The notes: a model not told the origin generated them from the sequence alone. Positions 1-9,842 are shown, numbered from the stretch's first letter. The stretch: DNA of 64,000 nucleotides from Nitrospinaceae bacterium (GCA_029261455.1 JAJDBH010000116.1:1870-65869), one strand, 5' to 3'. Numbers and translations are program-made.

Positions 1-179
1 GGCAGGCAGTGAGAGTTGATAAAAGAGAAGAAATCAAACCGGCTTTTGAAATGCTGATGAATTCTGAAGGGCCGGTTTTTCTGCTGATCAAAGTGGATCC
101 CTGTTTTGACCCGAAAACAGGTCGCGTGACGCATACCCCGGAAGAAATTACCGAACGATTCATGAAAACCTTAGGCTAG
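1..179 (+). CDS. 3' end of a TPP-dependent enzyme (sulfopyruvate/phosphonopyruvate decarboxylase beta-like), truncated by the window edge
   Basis: Frame 3 reads QAVRVDKREEIKPAFEMLMNSEGPVFLLIKVDPCFDPKTGRVTHTPEEITERFMKTLG* (TAG 177-179). The GPVFLLIKV and PEEITERF segments resemble ComE-type C-termini. Confidence 0.5.
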   Translation, partial: QAVRVDKREEIKPAFEMLMNSEGPVFLLIKVDPCFDPKTGRVTHTPEEITERFMKTLG

Positions 180-295
180 GTGTGGGGCTGTGATATTACT
201 AGCTTTCATGCAAATGGCTATGTCTCCAACTGATAAGCAAGCAATTACATAAGTCTTAAAAGAGACCTCTATATTTTGCCCACCAGATAAGTGGG

Positions 296-535
296 CTATG
301 CCAGAAGATCGACTGCTCCGCCCGAGCCTGATTCCGATGATACTGTATTACCTTCTTCGCTACTCAGTTCAGCAGCTTGATTGACCGGAGGGATTGGGCT
401 GGCCTGTGCTTCCTCTGTGTTGGTGCCTTGAGCTTGGTTAGATGTGGATGTTGCGCGAGCGTCTTTGCTGCCTTCGCTTGTTTCTGCGGTCGGTTTTTGA
501 GCGGCAGAAAAATTTCCCAGACTTGAAACTTCCAT
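296..535 (-). CDS. small disordered protein with a C-terminal G-x-V-D-x-x-A motif (YjfB/motility-associated-like)
   Basis: 79 aa, Ser/Glu/Ala-rich, ends GGAVDLLA; GAGGAG RBS upstream of the ATG. Confidence 0.55.
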   Translation of the reverse strand: MEVSSLGNFSAAQKPTAETSEGSKDARATSTSNQAQGTNTEEAQASPIPPVNQAAELSSEEGNTVSSESGSGGAVDLLA

Positions 536-586
536 AACGTATCTCCTCTATATTAGAAAACCTGTTTTACTTGTTTAGGGAAAAAC

Positions 587-931
587 CTATTCCGTAATAT
601 CATTGATTCCATCCCGAACGGCGTTTTTCAATTGTATTTGTTCTTCAGTAGGAACGGATTTAACCACCTTCTGGGTCTTAGGGTCGATGACTTTAAGAAC
701 CACATCGTTTTCATCCGTTACTGATAGCTTTCTTTGTTCGCTACTCACAGATGCTTGTCCGCTCGGTGCACCCTCTGATAGAGTCTTCGCTTCAGGAGAC
801 AGATCGACAGAGTCTCCTGATGGTTTTGGATCGGGAGTTGGAGTTATTTTAGATCCAGAACCTGAAGAAGACCGCTGTTTGGGTTTAAGAGCTTCCGGAT
901 TTCCCGCTGAGTTAACTGCTTGGCTATCCAT
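587..931 (-). CDS. FlaG-like flagellar-associated protein
   Basis: C-terminal VVLKVIDPKTQKVVKSVPTEEQIQL matches the FlaG signature; GAGGT RBS. Confidence 0.65.
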   Translation of the reverse strand: MDSQAVNSAGNPEALKPKQRSSSGSGSKITPTPDPKPSGDSVDLSPEAKTLSEGAPSGQASVSSEQRKLSVTDENDVVLKVIDPKTQKVVKSVPTEEQIQLKNAVRDGINDITE

Positions 932-1240
932 GATCGTTACCTCTACTTCTTTGTTAATAAACCTTCTCGTAAGTTATTGAAAATAAGGGCAAAAATAATT
1001 CCGTGCAGGACTTTCCATTTTTTGCCTAGTACTCGCACTCTTCTTAACGGCACTCTGTGGTTTAACTTTAGAATATTTTTAAAAATTTTTCCTTTTTGTG
1101 AGTCTGGGGTTTTCAGATCGATAAGGTTTGAATAATACGGTTTGAACAGTTATGATATCGCCCTGAAAAACAATTGAAAATAAAGTGATTCAGGGAATTT
1201 TCTCTGAAATTAATGAATATTTAATAGCCATCTATCTTGC

Positions 1241-2989
1241 ATGAAAGAATTTCGTAAAATACTGAAATACGCTCGGCCTTATACCAAAAGCCTTGTTTTT
1301 GCATTTCTTTGCCTGTCTCTAACATCGTTGATAAATCTTGTATTGCCTTTGATAGTCCGCAATATGATTAACGCTGTGATCGTATTAAAAGATAGCGAGG
1401 TGCTGGATGGCTTGGCATGGGATTTAATCATCATCATTGGCCTTCAGGCTGTATTTGCGGTCACTCATAATTATATCTTTGGCTTCGTGGGTCACAGAAT
1501 GACTACAGATTTTCGTGTTGAATTTTTTTCTCATATTCAATCACTTTCATTGCGCTTTTTTCAGGAACGTCGGGTGGGAGAAATTTTATCCCGCATGAGC
1601 AACGATATCTCAGTGATCGAGAATGCGCTGGTGACCATTCCCGTTGCTTTACTACGCCAAAGTATCACCTTGCTCGGGGCGATGACGATCATACTGTATT
1701 TGAATTGGAAGTTGACCGGGCTCATTTTGCTCATCCTGCCTCCTTTGATGATTTTTGCGCGGGTCTTTGGACGGCGTTTGAAAATGTTTTCAGAAAAGCT
1801 TCAGGATCATGTGGCGCAGGCGGTGGTGGTTCTTGAGGAAGTAATCTCGTCTATCAAGATTGTAAAATCCTTCACCCGCGAGCCTTATGAGCGGAGCCGT
1901 TTTCAAGGCAAAATTGAGACGGCCTTTGATAGAGCGGTGGATAAGCTCAAGGTGTCTTCCTTTTTTGGTCCGTTTATTTTAGGGCTCACCTTTTTGGTTT
2001 CCGCGTTGTTGATCTGGTATGGCGGATATCAGGTGATGCAGGGAACGACCACTCCCGGCGAACTGGCGGCTTTTTTTCTATACGCTCTGATTATTGCTGG
2101 GCCCATTGGAACTTTCATCCGATTGTATACTCAGGTTCAGGAGGCCTCGGGTGCTATCAGCAGGGTCTATGAGATTCTTGATACCCAACCGATGATCCAA
2201 AACCCGGAAAACCCGGTTCCATTTGGAGATTTAGAGGGACACATCCAGTTCGAAAAAGTCTCTTTCGGTTACAGGGACAAGACAGAGGTGATTCATGATG
2301 TCAGCTTGGATATTCTTCCTGGGCAGACCGCTGCTCTGGTTGGGCCCAGCGGGGCGGGCAAGTCGACTCTCATTAAGCTATTGTTCCGTTTCTTCGATCC
2401 TTCTACCGGGGCGATCCGTCTGGACGGGCACGATATCCGCACGTTGGACCGGGAAAGATTTTTAAGTCAGATTGCTCTGGTTCCACAGGAAACACTTCTG
2501 TTCGGAGGAACGGTGAAGGAAAATATCCTTTATGGAAAGCTGGATGCAACAGACTCAGAGCTAAAAGAAGCCGCACAAAAGGCTAACGCGCATGAGTTCA
2601 TCATGAATATGGAAAAAGGTTATGACACGGTTGTTGGGGAAAAGGGAGCGAAGCTTTCTGGGGGAGAAAGACAGAGAATAGCCATTGCCCGGGCTATTTT
2701 GAAGAACCCAAAAATTCTGGTTCTGGATGAGGCGACATCTTCTTTAGATAACAGGTCCGAATCCCTAATACAGGACGCTTTGGAGACCTTAATGGCCCAT
2801 CGCACGACTTTTATCATTGCGCATCGCCTGAGCACAATCCATAAAGCAGATCAGATTATTGTTCTGGATAAGGGGAATATCGTCGAAGCGGGTCAGCATG
2901 AGGACTTAATGAGCCAGAAAGGCTTATATCACAATCTATATACTCTGAAAATGCTCGATCCTGCCGCGCATGAAGGCGCGGATCAATAA
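1241..2989 (+). CDS. ABC exporter, fused permease/ATPase (MsbA-like lipid flippase)
   Basis: N-terminal TM domain; Walker A GPSGAGKS, signature LSGGERQR, Walker B ILVLDEATS. Confidence 0.9.
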   Translation: MKEFRKILKYARPYTKSLVFAFLCLSLTSLINLVLPLIVRNMINAVIVLKDSEVLDGLAWDLIIIIGLQAVFAVTHNYIFGFVGHRMTTDFRVEFFSHIQSLSLRFFQERRVGEILSRMSNDISVIENALVTIPVALLRQSITLLGAMTIILYLNWKLTGLILLILPPLMIFARVFGRRLKMFSEKLQDHVAQAVVVLEEVISSIKIVKSFTREPYERSRFQGKIETAFDRAVDKLKVSSFFGPFILGLTFLVSALLIWYGGYQVMQGTTTPGELAAFFLYALIIAGPIGTFIRLYTQVQEASGAISRVYEILDTQPMIQNPENPVPFGDLEGHIQFEKVSFGYRDKTEVIHDVSLDILPGQTAALVGPSGAGKSTLIKLLFRFFDPSTGAIRLDGHDIRTLDRERFLSQIALVPQETLLFGGTVKENILYGKLDATDSELKEAAQKANAHEFIMNMEKGYDTVVGEKGAKLSGGERQRIAIARAILKNPKILVLDEATSSLDNRSESLIQDALETLMAHRTTFIIAHRLSTIHKADQIIVLDKGNIVEAGQHEDLMSQKGLYHNLYTLKMLDPAAHEGADQ

Positions 2990-3035
2990 TTCCGACTATC
3001 TAATATTTTAAGGCTGAAGAAATAGGAGGGTGGGG

Positions 3036-3449
3036 TTATTCTCCCGGATCGGCACCAATTAAAAACCCTACCAAATGTGCCTTTTTCTCCGCGTCGCCAC
3101 GATAATAGGTACGCACCAGTTTCTGGATCAATTCATTCAATGCTGGGTCTTCCCCGTAAGTTTCCATGGCTTCATTGACGCAAGGTTCTTCCCCACCTGG
3201 TGCATGCTGCGTCTTATTGATAGGCCCCTTACCCGTTAACAGCCAAATTATATTAAGGTCTGTGTGCTGATAAAGTTTTGCAATCGTATCTGCTGAAGGC
3301 AAAGACTTGTTGTTCTCAATATCAGATAATGACCCTTGGGAGATTTTGATCAATTTTGCCAACTCGAAAGACTTGAGAGGTAAAGTTTTTCTCCACTGGC
3401 GGAGCCGAGACCCTAAAAATTTAGCTGTTCCTGATTTTTTTTCTTGCAT
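3036..3449 (-). CDS. XRE-family helix-turn-helix transcriptional regulator
   Basis: RLRQWRK...ELAKLIKISQGSLSDIENNKSLPS...WLLTGKG is a typical HTH_3 repressor N-domain. Confidence 0.85.
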   Translation of the reverse strand: MQEKKSGTAKFLGSRLRQWRKTLPLKSFELAKLIKISQGSLSDIENNKSLPSADTIAKLYQHTDLNIIWLLTGKGPINKTQHAPGGEEPCVNEAMETYGEDPALNELIQKLVRTYYRGDAEKKAHLVGFLIGADPGE

Positions 3450-3791
3450 TTTACTGTATACCGAATTATGATTAATAATGCCTAGTTCTAACCTTGGGTA
3501 ATTTAAAGGTTTATAACCTAAAAATAAGCTTTAAACACGTACTACAATGTTTAAGACTTTATTTAACCTCTGGAATATTAAAGAACCTGATTCCCCAAAT
3601 CTTCAGAGTGTAACCAAGTTCGAGCGGGAAAGCATAGGAGGTTGACTACCTAACCTTGTAATCATTTGTACTTCTATCATTCCTCAAATTATTGGAGCCG
3701 TCAATCTTTTTTCCAGTTTTAGCTGCTTTAAAATTTTTACACTTTTGTAAAAAATACTATGACAAGAAAGAGAGTGTTTATGGGGGGCTAA

Positions 3792-5444
3792 TTAGAAATC
3801 CATGGGTGAGGGCGAGTTTTTAGGTAAAAGAATTTGAAAAAACCCTACTTTTTCCTGAAAGCCATAATGGTCTAAGAGGAATTTGTAGAGATGCGGGGCA
3901 TAATGTAAAAGTCGTCTTTCTTCTTTTCCATCAATGGCGATATCTACAAAAATCACCACTTTGGGTGGATTTTTTTTCAATATTGCGACCAGCTCTTTTT
4001 CTTTTGATTCCTCCAGCATGCCCGGTAAAATCCATTCATAGGGTGTCGGATTGGTCCGGTCAGAGAGAAAATAAAAAATAGGATTCAGTGGCAAAGCCAG
4101 AATAGTGTCCCCTTTTTGCGAATACAGGTCTATTTTTTCAATGACCTCTTTAATCCACTTTGCTTCTGCGGGGTTGGTGTAGATATCCACCTTATCTAGA
4201 GTTAGGCGAGTGGTCTCCAGTTTCATGGCACCGATGCTACCGGCATAAAAACCGTGATGTGTGTTCATCTCAAAATAAAACAAAAAGGGTAGGAAAACGG
4301 TGAGAAGGTTCAAGGGCAACCGAGTTAAAAGGCTCTTGTGCTCAACTTGATTTTGAGAGGAAAGAACCTTCTCCCTGATTCGATACAACAAATAACAAAA
4401 TAGCAAATAGAAAGGAGGCAGGGTTCTTAGTAAATTGTCGAATCCTGCTCGCCATATAACCAGACCAAAGGAGCAAACCCCGAATAGCAGAATGGAAATA
4501 ACTGTCAGGTTACCAGCATGAAGCGGTTCTTTTTTAAGAACGAGTTGATAAAAAAGAAGGGCCGCTGCAATGCTGCAGATCAAAATGGGTAGATAGAACA
4601 AAACCCTTTCAAACATCTGGTGGTACCCGACTTCTTTGAGAAGCGTGAGAAAAGGAAAAATCTCTGGAAACGGGTTACCCCAGACCTCATGCGCATCGAT
4701 GACCATTTTGAACACTTGCATGAAATAGCCGTCCTGCCCAAGATAGATCCCACATGCAATTGCCGTGATAGAGACCCCGGTTGCCAGATAGTAATTTTTG
4801 CGGGGGAAATGTGCTGTCTTTTTTTCCGGAAAAAAATGAGTTCGCCATTGTTTCTGGCTGAACATCAAGGCCACCACTGTCAGGCTAATTAGTGTCGAAA
4901 AGAGAGTCACTTCGAATTTAAAAAAGGCACTTAAGAAAATGCCTACACCCAAACCTGCTAAAGACCCAAGATTTTTTTTGTATAAAAAGTTTGTAATGAG
5001 ATAGAGGTTCAGAACGACAAAGAAAGTGAAGAAACGATTGTAATACATCGAAGGAGCGGAAAGCATGAACAGAGCCGCAAGCAACGCAAAGCCGGCTGGC
5101 ATGATTTTCCGCCCGATGGAATAAACCATTAAGACCATAGGTGGTGTAATTAGCAGAACAGAAATACGCAGGCTTTGAATATCTACCCCGAATAGTTTGA
5201 AAAACAGCATTCCATACCAATATCGACCGGGGAGGTAGCCATTGGGATTGAAATCTATAAGTGCTCTTTCCCCGTTAAGAGTTCTTAGGGTTCCATTGGC
5301 ATACCCCCCTTCGTCCCAAATATTAAGTCCATATTTGGAGAAGGACCAGAAATAAGCCAACAGCGCTAGATAGAGTATTGAAACCCGGCCCCATTGTTTA
5401 GCCGGGACGACATGATCGCCGTCTGGGTTGGAAGGGTTATTCAT
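3792..5444 (-). CDS. polytopic membrane protein, probable GT-C (ArnT/PMT-like) glycosyltransferase
   Basis: About 11-12 hydrophobic segments, first-loop WDEG motif, Y-x-P-G motif and a C-terminal periplasmic domain. Confidence 0.6.
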   Translation of the reverse strand: MNNPSNPDGDHVVPAKQWGRVSILYLALLAYFWSFSKYGLNIWDEGGYANGTLRTLNGERALIDFNPNGYLPGRYWYGMLFFKLFGVDIQSLRISVLLITPPMVLMVYSIGRKIMPAGFALLAALFMLSAPSMYYNRFFTFFVVLNLYLITNFLYKKNLGSLAGLGVGIFLSAFFKFEVTLFSTLISLTVVALMFSQKQWRTHFFPEKKTAHFPRKNYYLATGVSITAIACGIYLGQDGYFMQVFKMVIDAHEVWGNPFPEIFPFLTLLKEVGYHQMFERVLFYLPILICSIAAALLFYQLVLKKEPLHAGNLTVISILLFGVCSFGLVIWRAGFDNLLRTLPPFYLLFCYLLYRIREKVLSSQNQVEHKSLLTRLPLNLLTVFLPFLFYFEMNTHHGFYAGSIGAMKLETTRLTLDKVDIYTNPAEAKWIKEVIEKIDLYSQKGDTILALPLNPIFYFLSDRTNPTPYEWILPGMLEESKEKELVAILKKNPPKVVIFVDIAIDGKEERRLLHYAPHLYKFLLDHYGFQEKVGFFQILLPKNSPSPMDF

Positions 5445-5447
5445 GGC

Positions 5448-6527
5448 TCATTCTTTGAAAAATGCCCGCATCTCCTGGGCGAGACTCTTATTTTCTTCAA
5501 GAATACTTTCAAAGTTTGGACTGATTTCTCCTGGAACTTGTAACCTTTGCTTCACCTTGAAAATTCGTGCGAGGGATTGGTCGATAGTGGGGCGAGGAAT
5601 GACTCCACCTTCAATGTCTCGAATCAGGGCATCCTGAAGTGTTGTTACTTTTTCCAGGTCGTGGCAAATGAGGAAAATATCAACTCCGGCACGGGTTCCC
5701 AGTTCAGGAATGGATTCCACCTCATCTTTGATGGCCTGCATTTCCAGATCGTCTGACATGATCAGCCCTTCAAAACCCAGAGAATTTCTCAACACATCAT
5801 TCATAATAGTAGGGGAAAAAGTGGCAGGGCGGTCAGCATCCCAAGCCGGGTAGACCACATGTGCTGTCATGAGGACCTCCAGCCCTTGCTTGATGGCGTG
5901 ATGGAAAGGGGGCAACTCAATTTGTTCCAGTGACTCTCGCGTTCGTTCAACCCTAGGCAGGGTGAGGTGAGAATCCTGGGAGGTATCTCCGTGTCCGGGA
6001 AAATGTTTGCCAACCGGGATGACCCCGGCGTCATAAAATCCGAGAATCAATTCAGCACCTAAACGTGCCACCTTTTCTGCATCACTATCCAGAGCCCTGT
6101 GTCCAATGATGGGGTTTGCAGGGTTGGAGTGGACATCAAGAACCGGAGCGTAGTCCATATTCACTCCGACCGCTCGCAACTCTTTTCCCATTCCAAGTCC
6201 GAACCGGTAAGCCAGTTCATTTGAGTCGGCTTGACCCAGGCAAGACATGGGAGGAAACTGGGTAAAAGGTGCGCCCAGTCGAGCGACTCTTCCGCCCTCT
6301 TGATCTACCGAAATGAACAGCGGAGGAATTTCCGGGTTGTCTGATGTTAACGACTGGAGGTCGTGTATCAATTGCCGCAATTGATCAGGATTCTTGAAAT
6401 TGCGCTCGAACAGAATCAAGCCGCCAATGCCCTGCTGAACAATCAGTTCTTCCGTGCGGGTATTGAGGGTGGTTCCCTCAAACCCTGATACAATCATTTG
6501 GCCGGTTTGTTGTTTCAGCGAGAGCAA
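5448..6527 (-). CDS. nagZ: beta-N-acetylhexosaminidase (GH3)
   Basis: VDQEGGRV, KHFPGHGDTSQDSH and MSDDLEM motifs. Likely start is TTG at 6527, not 6629. Confidence 0.9.
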   Translation of the reverse strand: MLSLKQQTGQMIVSGFEGTTLNTRTEELIVQQGIGGLILFERNFKNPDQLRQLIHDLQSLTSDNPEIPPLFISVDQEGGRVARLGAPFTQFPPMSCLGQADSNELAYRFGLGMGKELRAVGVNMDYAPVLDVHSNPANPIIGHRALDSDAEKVARLGAELILGFYDAGVIPVGKHFPGHGDTSQDSHLTLPRVERTRESLEQIELPPFHHAIKQGLEVLMTAHVVYPAWDADRPATFSPTIMNDVLRNSLGFEGLIMSDDLEMQAIKDEVESIPELGTRAGVDIFLICHDLEKVTTLQDALIRDIEGGVIPRPTIDQSLARIFKVKQRLQVPGEISPNFESILEENKSLAQEMRAFFKE

Positions 6528-6695
6528 AAGGAATAAGAGTCGTGTTGATGAACAGGGTTTGCCATTACTGCAAGCGGGCATCGTTGCCCGGTTCGGCACC
6601 CGTATGTTACCATAACTTAATAACGACAAACAAAATGAGGAGCAGAATTTTAAAGCTTCTTATTAAACGTTTTATAATTAGAGACCTTTATATAT

Positions 6696-7946
6696 ATGTT
6701 ACGCAGAGTGGTGATCACCGGCCTCGGCGCAGTCAGCCCGAATGGCATCGGTTTGAAAAATTTTTGGGAAAATACCTGTAAAGGCATCAGTGGCATAGAC
6801 CGTATTGCCAGCTTCGATGCTTCTGCCCTGACATGTCAGATTGCCGGTGAAGTGAGCCAGTTCGATCCGTCGTTATATTTTTCCGCGTCAGATTTAAAAA
6901 AATTACCAAGGTCGGTTCCTCTGGCTGTCGCGGCGACGAAGGAAGCACTCGCGAATGCCGGGATTGATCTATCTGCTTTTTCTGAGGAAGATTTTGAAGG
7001 TCTGGGGGTTCTGGTCGGGAGCGGTGGGTCGGGATTCGATTTCTCCGAAAAACAGTTTGAAATTTATTTCTCCAATCAGAAAAATAAAATCAGCCCTTAC
7101 GCCATCTCTAATTCGCTGGTGGGAATGCTTTCGAGCGAAATTTCCATGTACTTCGGATTTCAGGGTCGGAGTCATGTGATTTCTAACGGTTGCACCAGTT
7201 CCTCCGATGCCTTGGGTTACGCTTTCAATACAATCAGGTTCGGGCAGGAAGACTGGTTCGTTTCCGGTGGGGTGGAATCCTGTGTCACTCCGGCGATGAT
7301 GCATGGTTTCGAAAGAATGAAGGTCAATCCCATGAACTATAACGAATCCCCCACACGCGGCTCGCGTCCCTTCAACAAAGATCGCGAAGGCTTCGTGCTC
7401 GCCGAGGGTGCCTGGACAATCATTCTGGAAGAAATGGAACACGCCAAGGCGCGAGGAGCAGAGATCATTGCAGAAGTTGTTGGCTACGGCACGACCTGTG
7501 ATGCCTATCATCGAGTTGCCATCATGCCCGACGGCAAACAATCTTCGCGAGCCTTGAACCTTGCTTTGAAGGACGCCAAGTTGAATAAAGATGAAGTGGA
7601 CTATATCAATTTTCACGGCACCTCAACAATGCTCAATGATAAAGTCGAAACGCTGGCGGTCAAACGAACCTTTAACAGCCATGCCATGAATATTCCGGCT
7701 AGTTCCACAAAGTCCATGGTCGGGCACCCGCAAGGGGCATCTGGAGCATTGGGAGTGACCGTTTCGGCCCTGTCCCTGAAAAATGGATTCATGACCCCCA
7801 CCATTAATATGGAAAACCCGGACCCGGAATGCGATATGGATTATGTTTCTAATGTGGGAAGAGAAGGCAAACTGAATATTGCCATCAGCAATTGCATTTC
7901 ATTCGGGTCAAAAAATTCCGCCATCATTTTGAAGAAATTTACTTAG
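6696..7946 (+). CDS. fabF: 3-oxoacyl-ACP synthase II family (stand-alone FabF paralog)
   Basis: RRVVITGLG start; Cys-His-His triad in NGCTSS, NFHGTST and VGHPQGA; SFGSKN near the end. Confidence 0.85.
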   Translation: MLRRVVITGLGAVSPNGIGLKNFWENTCKGISGIDRIASFDASALTCQIAGEVSQFDPSLYFSASDLKKLPRSVPLAVAATKEALANAGIDLSAFSEEDFEGLGVLVGSGGSGFDFSEKQFEIYFSNQKNKISPYAISNSLVGMLSSEISMYFGFQGRSHVISNGCTSSSDALGYAFNTIRFGQEDWFVSGGVESCVTPAMMHGFERMKVNPMNYNESPTRGSRPFNKDREGFVLAEGAWTIILEEMEHAKARGAEIIAEVVGYGTTCDAYHRVAIMPDGKQSSRALNLALKDAKLNKDEVDYINFHGTSTMLNDKVETLAVKRTFNSHAMNIPASSTKSMVGHPQGASGALGVTVSALSLKNGFMTPTINMENPDPECDMDYVSNVGREGKLNIAISNCISFGSKNSAIILKKFT

Positions 7947-7950
7947 AGCT

Positions 7951-8532
7951 ATGAAATTTTTTAAACTCACATCAAAGTCACTTGCGCTCGTTTTGCTGCT
8001 GGCGCTTGCCAGCTGCGCCGAGAAACTGGTGGATGTGAATGTCACCATCGTTGACCAAAAAACCGCGTTGGAAAATCAAATACTCGGCAGTTACGAAGAA
8101 CTGGGCAACGATGTCTTGCTTCTCGCGTCGGTGCGGTCAGTAGATGAAGAGGGAAAACTCAAACCGACCACCGAGATCCCGAAAGGCAAGTTGAAAGCGC
8201 TGAGAGCCATACAACGTCAGGAGTTCAATCGGGACGATATCCAGGAATTTAAAAAATCCCAGGTGGCGGGAGAAGGTAATGACGGATTGCTGAAATTTTT
8301 TGAAACGGAGCGGACAAAAACCGAGGCCAAGTTCAAAGAGTTTGCCACAGCCATTATTGCCGAAGAGAATGAAGATCGATTAGTGATATTAAAAAGAATC
8401 GTAGCGACCAACGAAAACTTTGCGGATAGAGACCTTCCCAAGGTCCAGAAAATCTCCGCCAGTCTGAATCGCGACAACGCCAAACCCGGCGAAAAATTCC
8501 AACTAGAAACCGGCGAGTGGCGTAGTAACTAA
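7951..8532 (+). CDS. lipoprotein, DUF1318/YdbL-like
   Basis: Lipobox LASC; GEGNDGLL, ENEDR and C-terminal PGEKFQLETGEW motifs. Confidence 0.7.
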   Translation: MKFFKLTSKSLALVLLLALASCAEKLVDVNVTIVDQKTALENQILGSYEELGNDVLLLASVRSVDEEGKLKPTTEIPKGKLKALRAIQRQEFNRDDIQEFKKSQVAGEGNDGLLKFFETERTKTEAKFKEFATAIIAEENEDRLVILKRIVATNENFADRDLPKVQKISASLNRDNAKPGEKFQLETGEWRSN

Positions 8533-8571
8533 AAACCTTTTTTAACCACCGATAAACACAGATAGATTTTA

Positions 8572-8602
8572 TTCCCCCCTGACAAGGGGGGCTAGGGGGG
8601 TT
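8572..8602. repeat. REP-like palindrome family A, copy 1
   Basis: TTCCCCCCTGACAAGGGGGGCTAGGGGGGTT; near-perfect inverted match to 9735-9767. Confidence 0.8.
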
Positions 8603-8642
8603 GCTTTGTTTGTCTGAAGTGATTGACCTGGTTTTCCTTGTT

Positions 8643-8679
8643 GTCTTTGCGAGCCGCTGAAAGCGGCGCGGCAATCCAG
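8643..8679. repeat. REP-like family B, half copy followed by a T-run (terminator-like)
   Basis: GTCTTTGCGAGCCGCTGAAAGCGGCGCGGCAATCCAG; homologous to 27234-27271 and 34107-34175. Confidence 0.75.
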
Positions 8680-8777
8680 GTTTTTTTTAGTTGCTGGTCC
8701 TTCCTCGTTTTAGACCATTGACGGCTTCGGACTTCCGTTATAGGGTTGGCAATCAAAAGTATTACTAGATTCGGTCA

Positions 8778-9674
8778 TTGGTACTTATGCAAATAATCAT
8801 AGATTGGTTAATTGAAAAACGGTTTCTTTTGGGTTCTCTCGCTGCCTTGGTTGTGATCTTTCGTTATTTTGTGGAAATTCCAAAGGCCTTCAAGTCAGTC
8901 GAGCTTTCTGCTGAGGATATTGCCCGCAAGGTGATTGAAAAGCAGGGTGATAAAAAAGTTGAGGTTCTGGAAGAGCAGATGAAGCAGTTGACTCTTACCG
9001 TGGAAGACTTAAAAAACAGGCGCACGGAGCCAGACGCCTCGCCCGGTATCGATAGTGCCTTAAAAGAACTCGAAGACGGCAACACAGGCAAAGCGGAAAA
9101 TATCTTCCGTCAGGTATTGCAGGATAAAGTAAAAGAAGGCAAAGAGGCGAATCGGGAGGCCGCCGAAGCGGCGCGGCATCTGGGAGCCCTGGCTTTTCTC
9201 CATGATACCAGGAGTGCCTTGGACGCTTATCAACAGGCAGTTGAGCTTGACCCAGAAAACCCCGATGGCTGGAACCAGTTGGGACACTTGCAAAGACGAA
9301 TAGGAGAATTGAATGCTGCAATACAATCCTACAACCATGTCCTGCAGATAGGCGAAGCAGGGGGACAAAAGAAATGGCTTGCCGTTGCCACCGGCAACTT
9401 GGGTCTTATTTATAAGACCCGCGGCGAGTTGGAGAAGGCCGAGGAGCATTACAGGAAGTCATTGGCGATCAATGAGGAGTTGGGCAGGAAGGAAGGCATG
9501 GCCAGCGATTACGGCAACCTGGGAAATATTTATCAGACCCGCGGCGAGTTGGAGGAGGCTCGTGATGTTTGGGGAAAGTCGAAAAGCTTGTTCCTTGCTT
9601 TAGGTGCTGACCACATGGCAGAAAAAGTCCAGGGGTTGATTGATGGTCTAGATTCGTCTGAAGGTATTGAGTGA
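8778..9674 (+). CDS. membrane-anchored tetratricopeptide repeat protein
   Basis: N-terminal TM helix, coiled coil, then TPRs. Two 40-aa repeats (GNLGLIYKTRGELEKA / GNLGNIYQTRGELEEA) show a 120-nt DNA-level periodicity. Confidence 0.85.
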   Translation: MVLMQIIIDWLIEKRFLLGSLAALVVIFRYFVEIPKAFKSVELSAEDIARKVIEKQGDKKVEVLEEQMKQLTLTVEDLKNRRTEPDASPGIDSALKELEDGNTGKAENIFRQVLQDKVKEGKEANREAAEAARHLGALAFLHDTRSALDAYQQAVELDPENPDGWNQLGHLQRRIGELNAAIQSYNHVLQIGEAGGQKKWLAVATGNLGLIYKTRGELEKAEEHYRKSLAINEELGRKEGMASDYGNLGNIYQTRGELEEARDVWGKSKSLFLALGADHMAEKVQGLIDGLDSSEGIE

Positions 9675-9734
9675 GTTTTCCTCTTCAGGGCAAGAATGCA
9701 AAGGTTGAATATCACTAGTTCATTATGACAAGCT

Positions 9735-9767
9735 AACCCCCCTCAGTCCCCCCTTGTCAGGGGGGAA
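9735..9767. repeat. REP-like palindrome family A, copy 2 (inverted relative to copy 1)
   Basis: AACCCCCCTCAGTCCCCCCTTGTCAGGGGGGAA. Confidence 0.8.
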
Positions 9768-9791
9768 GTACTATCGCTATTTTTTGGAACG

Positions 9792-9842
9792 AAACCCCCG
9801 TGTGGTCAATCACCCCAGCCCTCTTTTAGAAATAGGGAGCAA
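9792..9842. repeat. intergenic repeat family C
   Basis: Its reverse complement aligns to 62302-62391, where it is split by a 39-nt insertion. Confidence 0.65.

Noticed and set aside
3036-3449. Prophage repressor marking a prophage
   Set aside because: No S24 peptidase domain, integrase or phage genes nearby; the flanks are housekeeping genes.
6528-6629. N-terminal extension of NagZ in the ORF track
   Set aside because: The sequence is not GH3-like; it is more likely untranslated leader.
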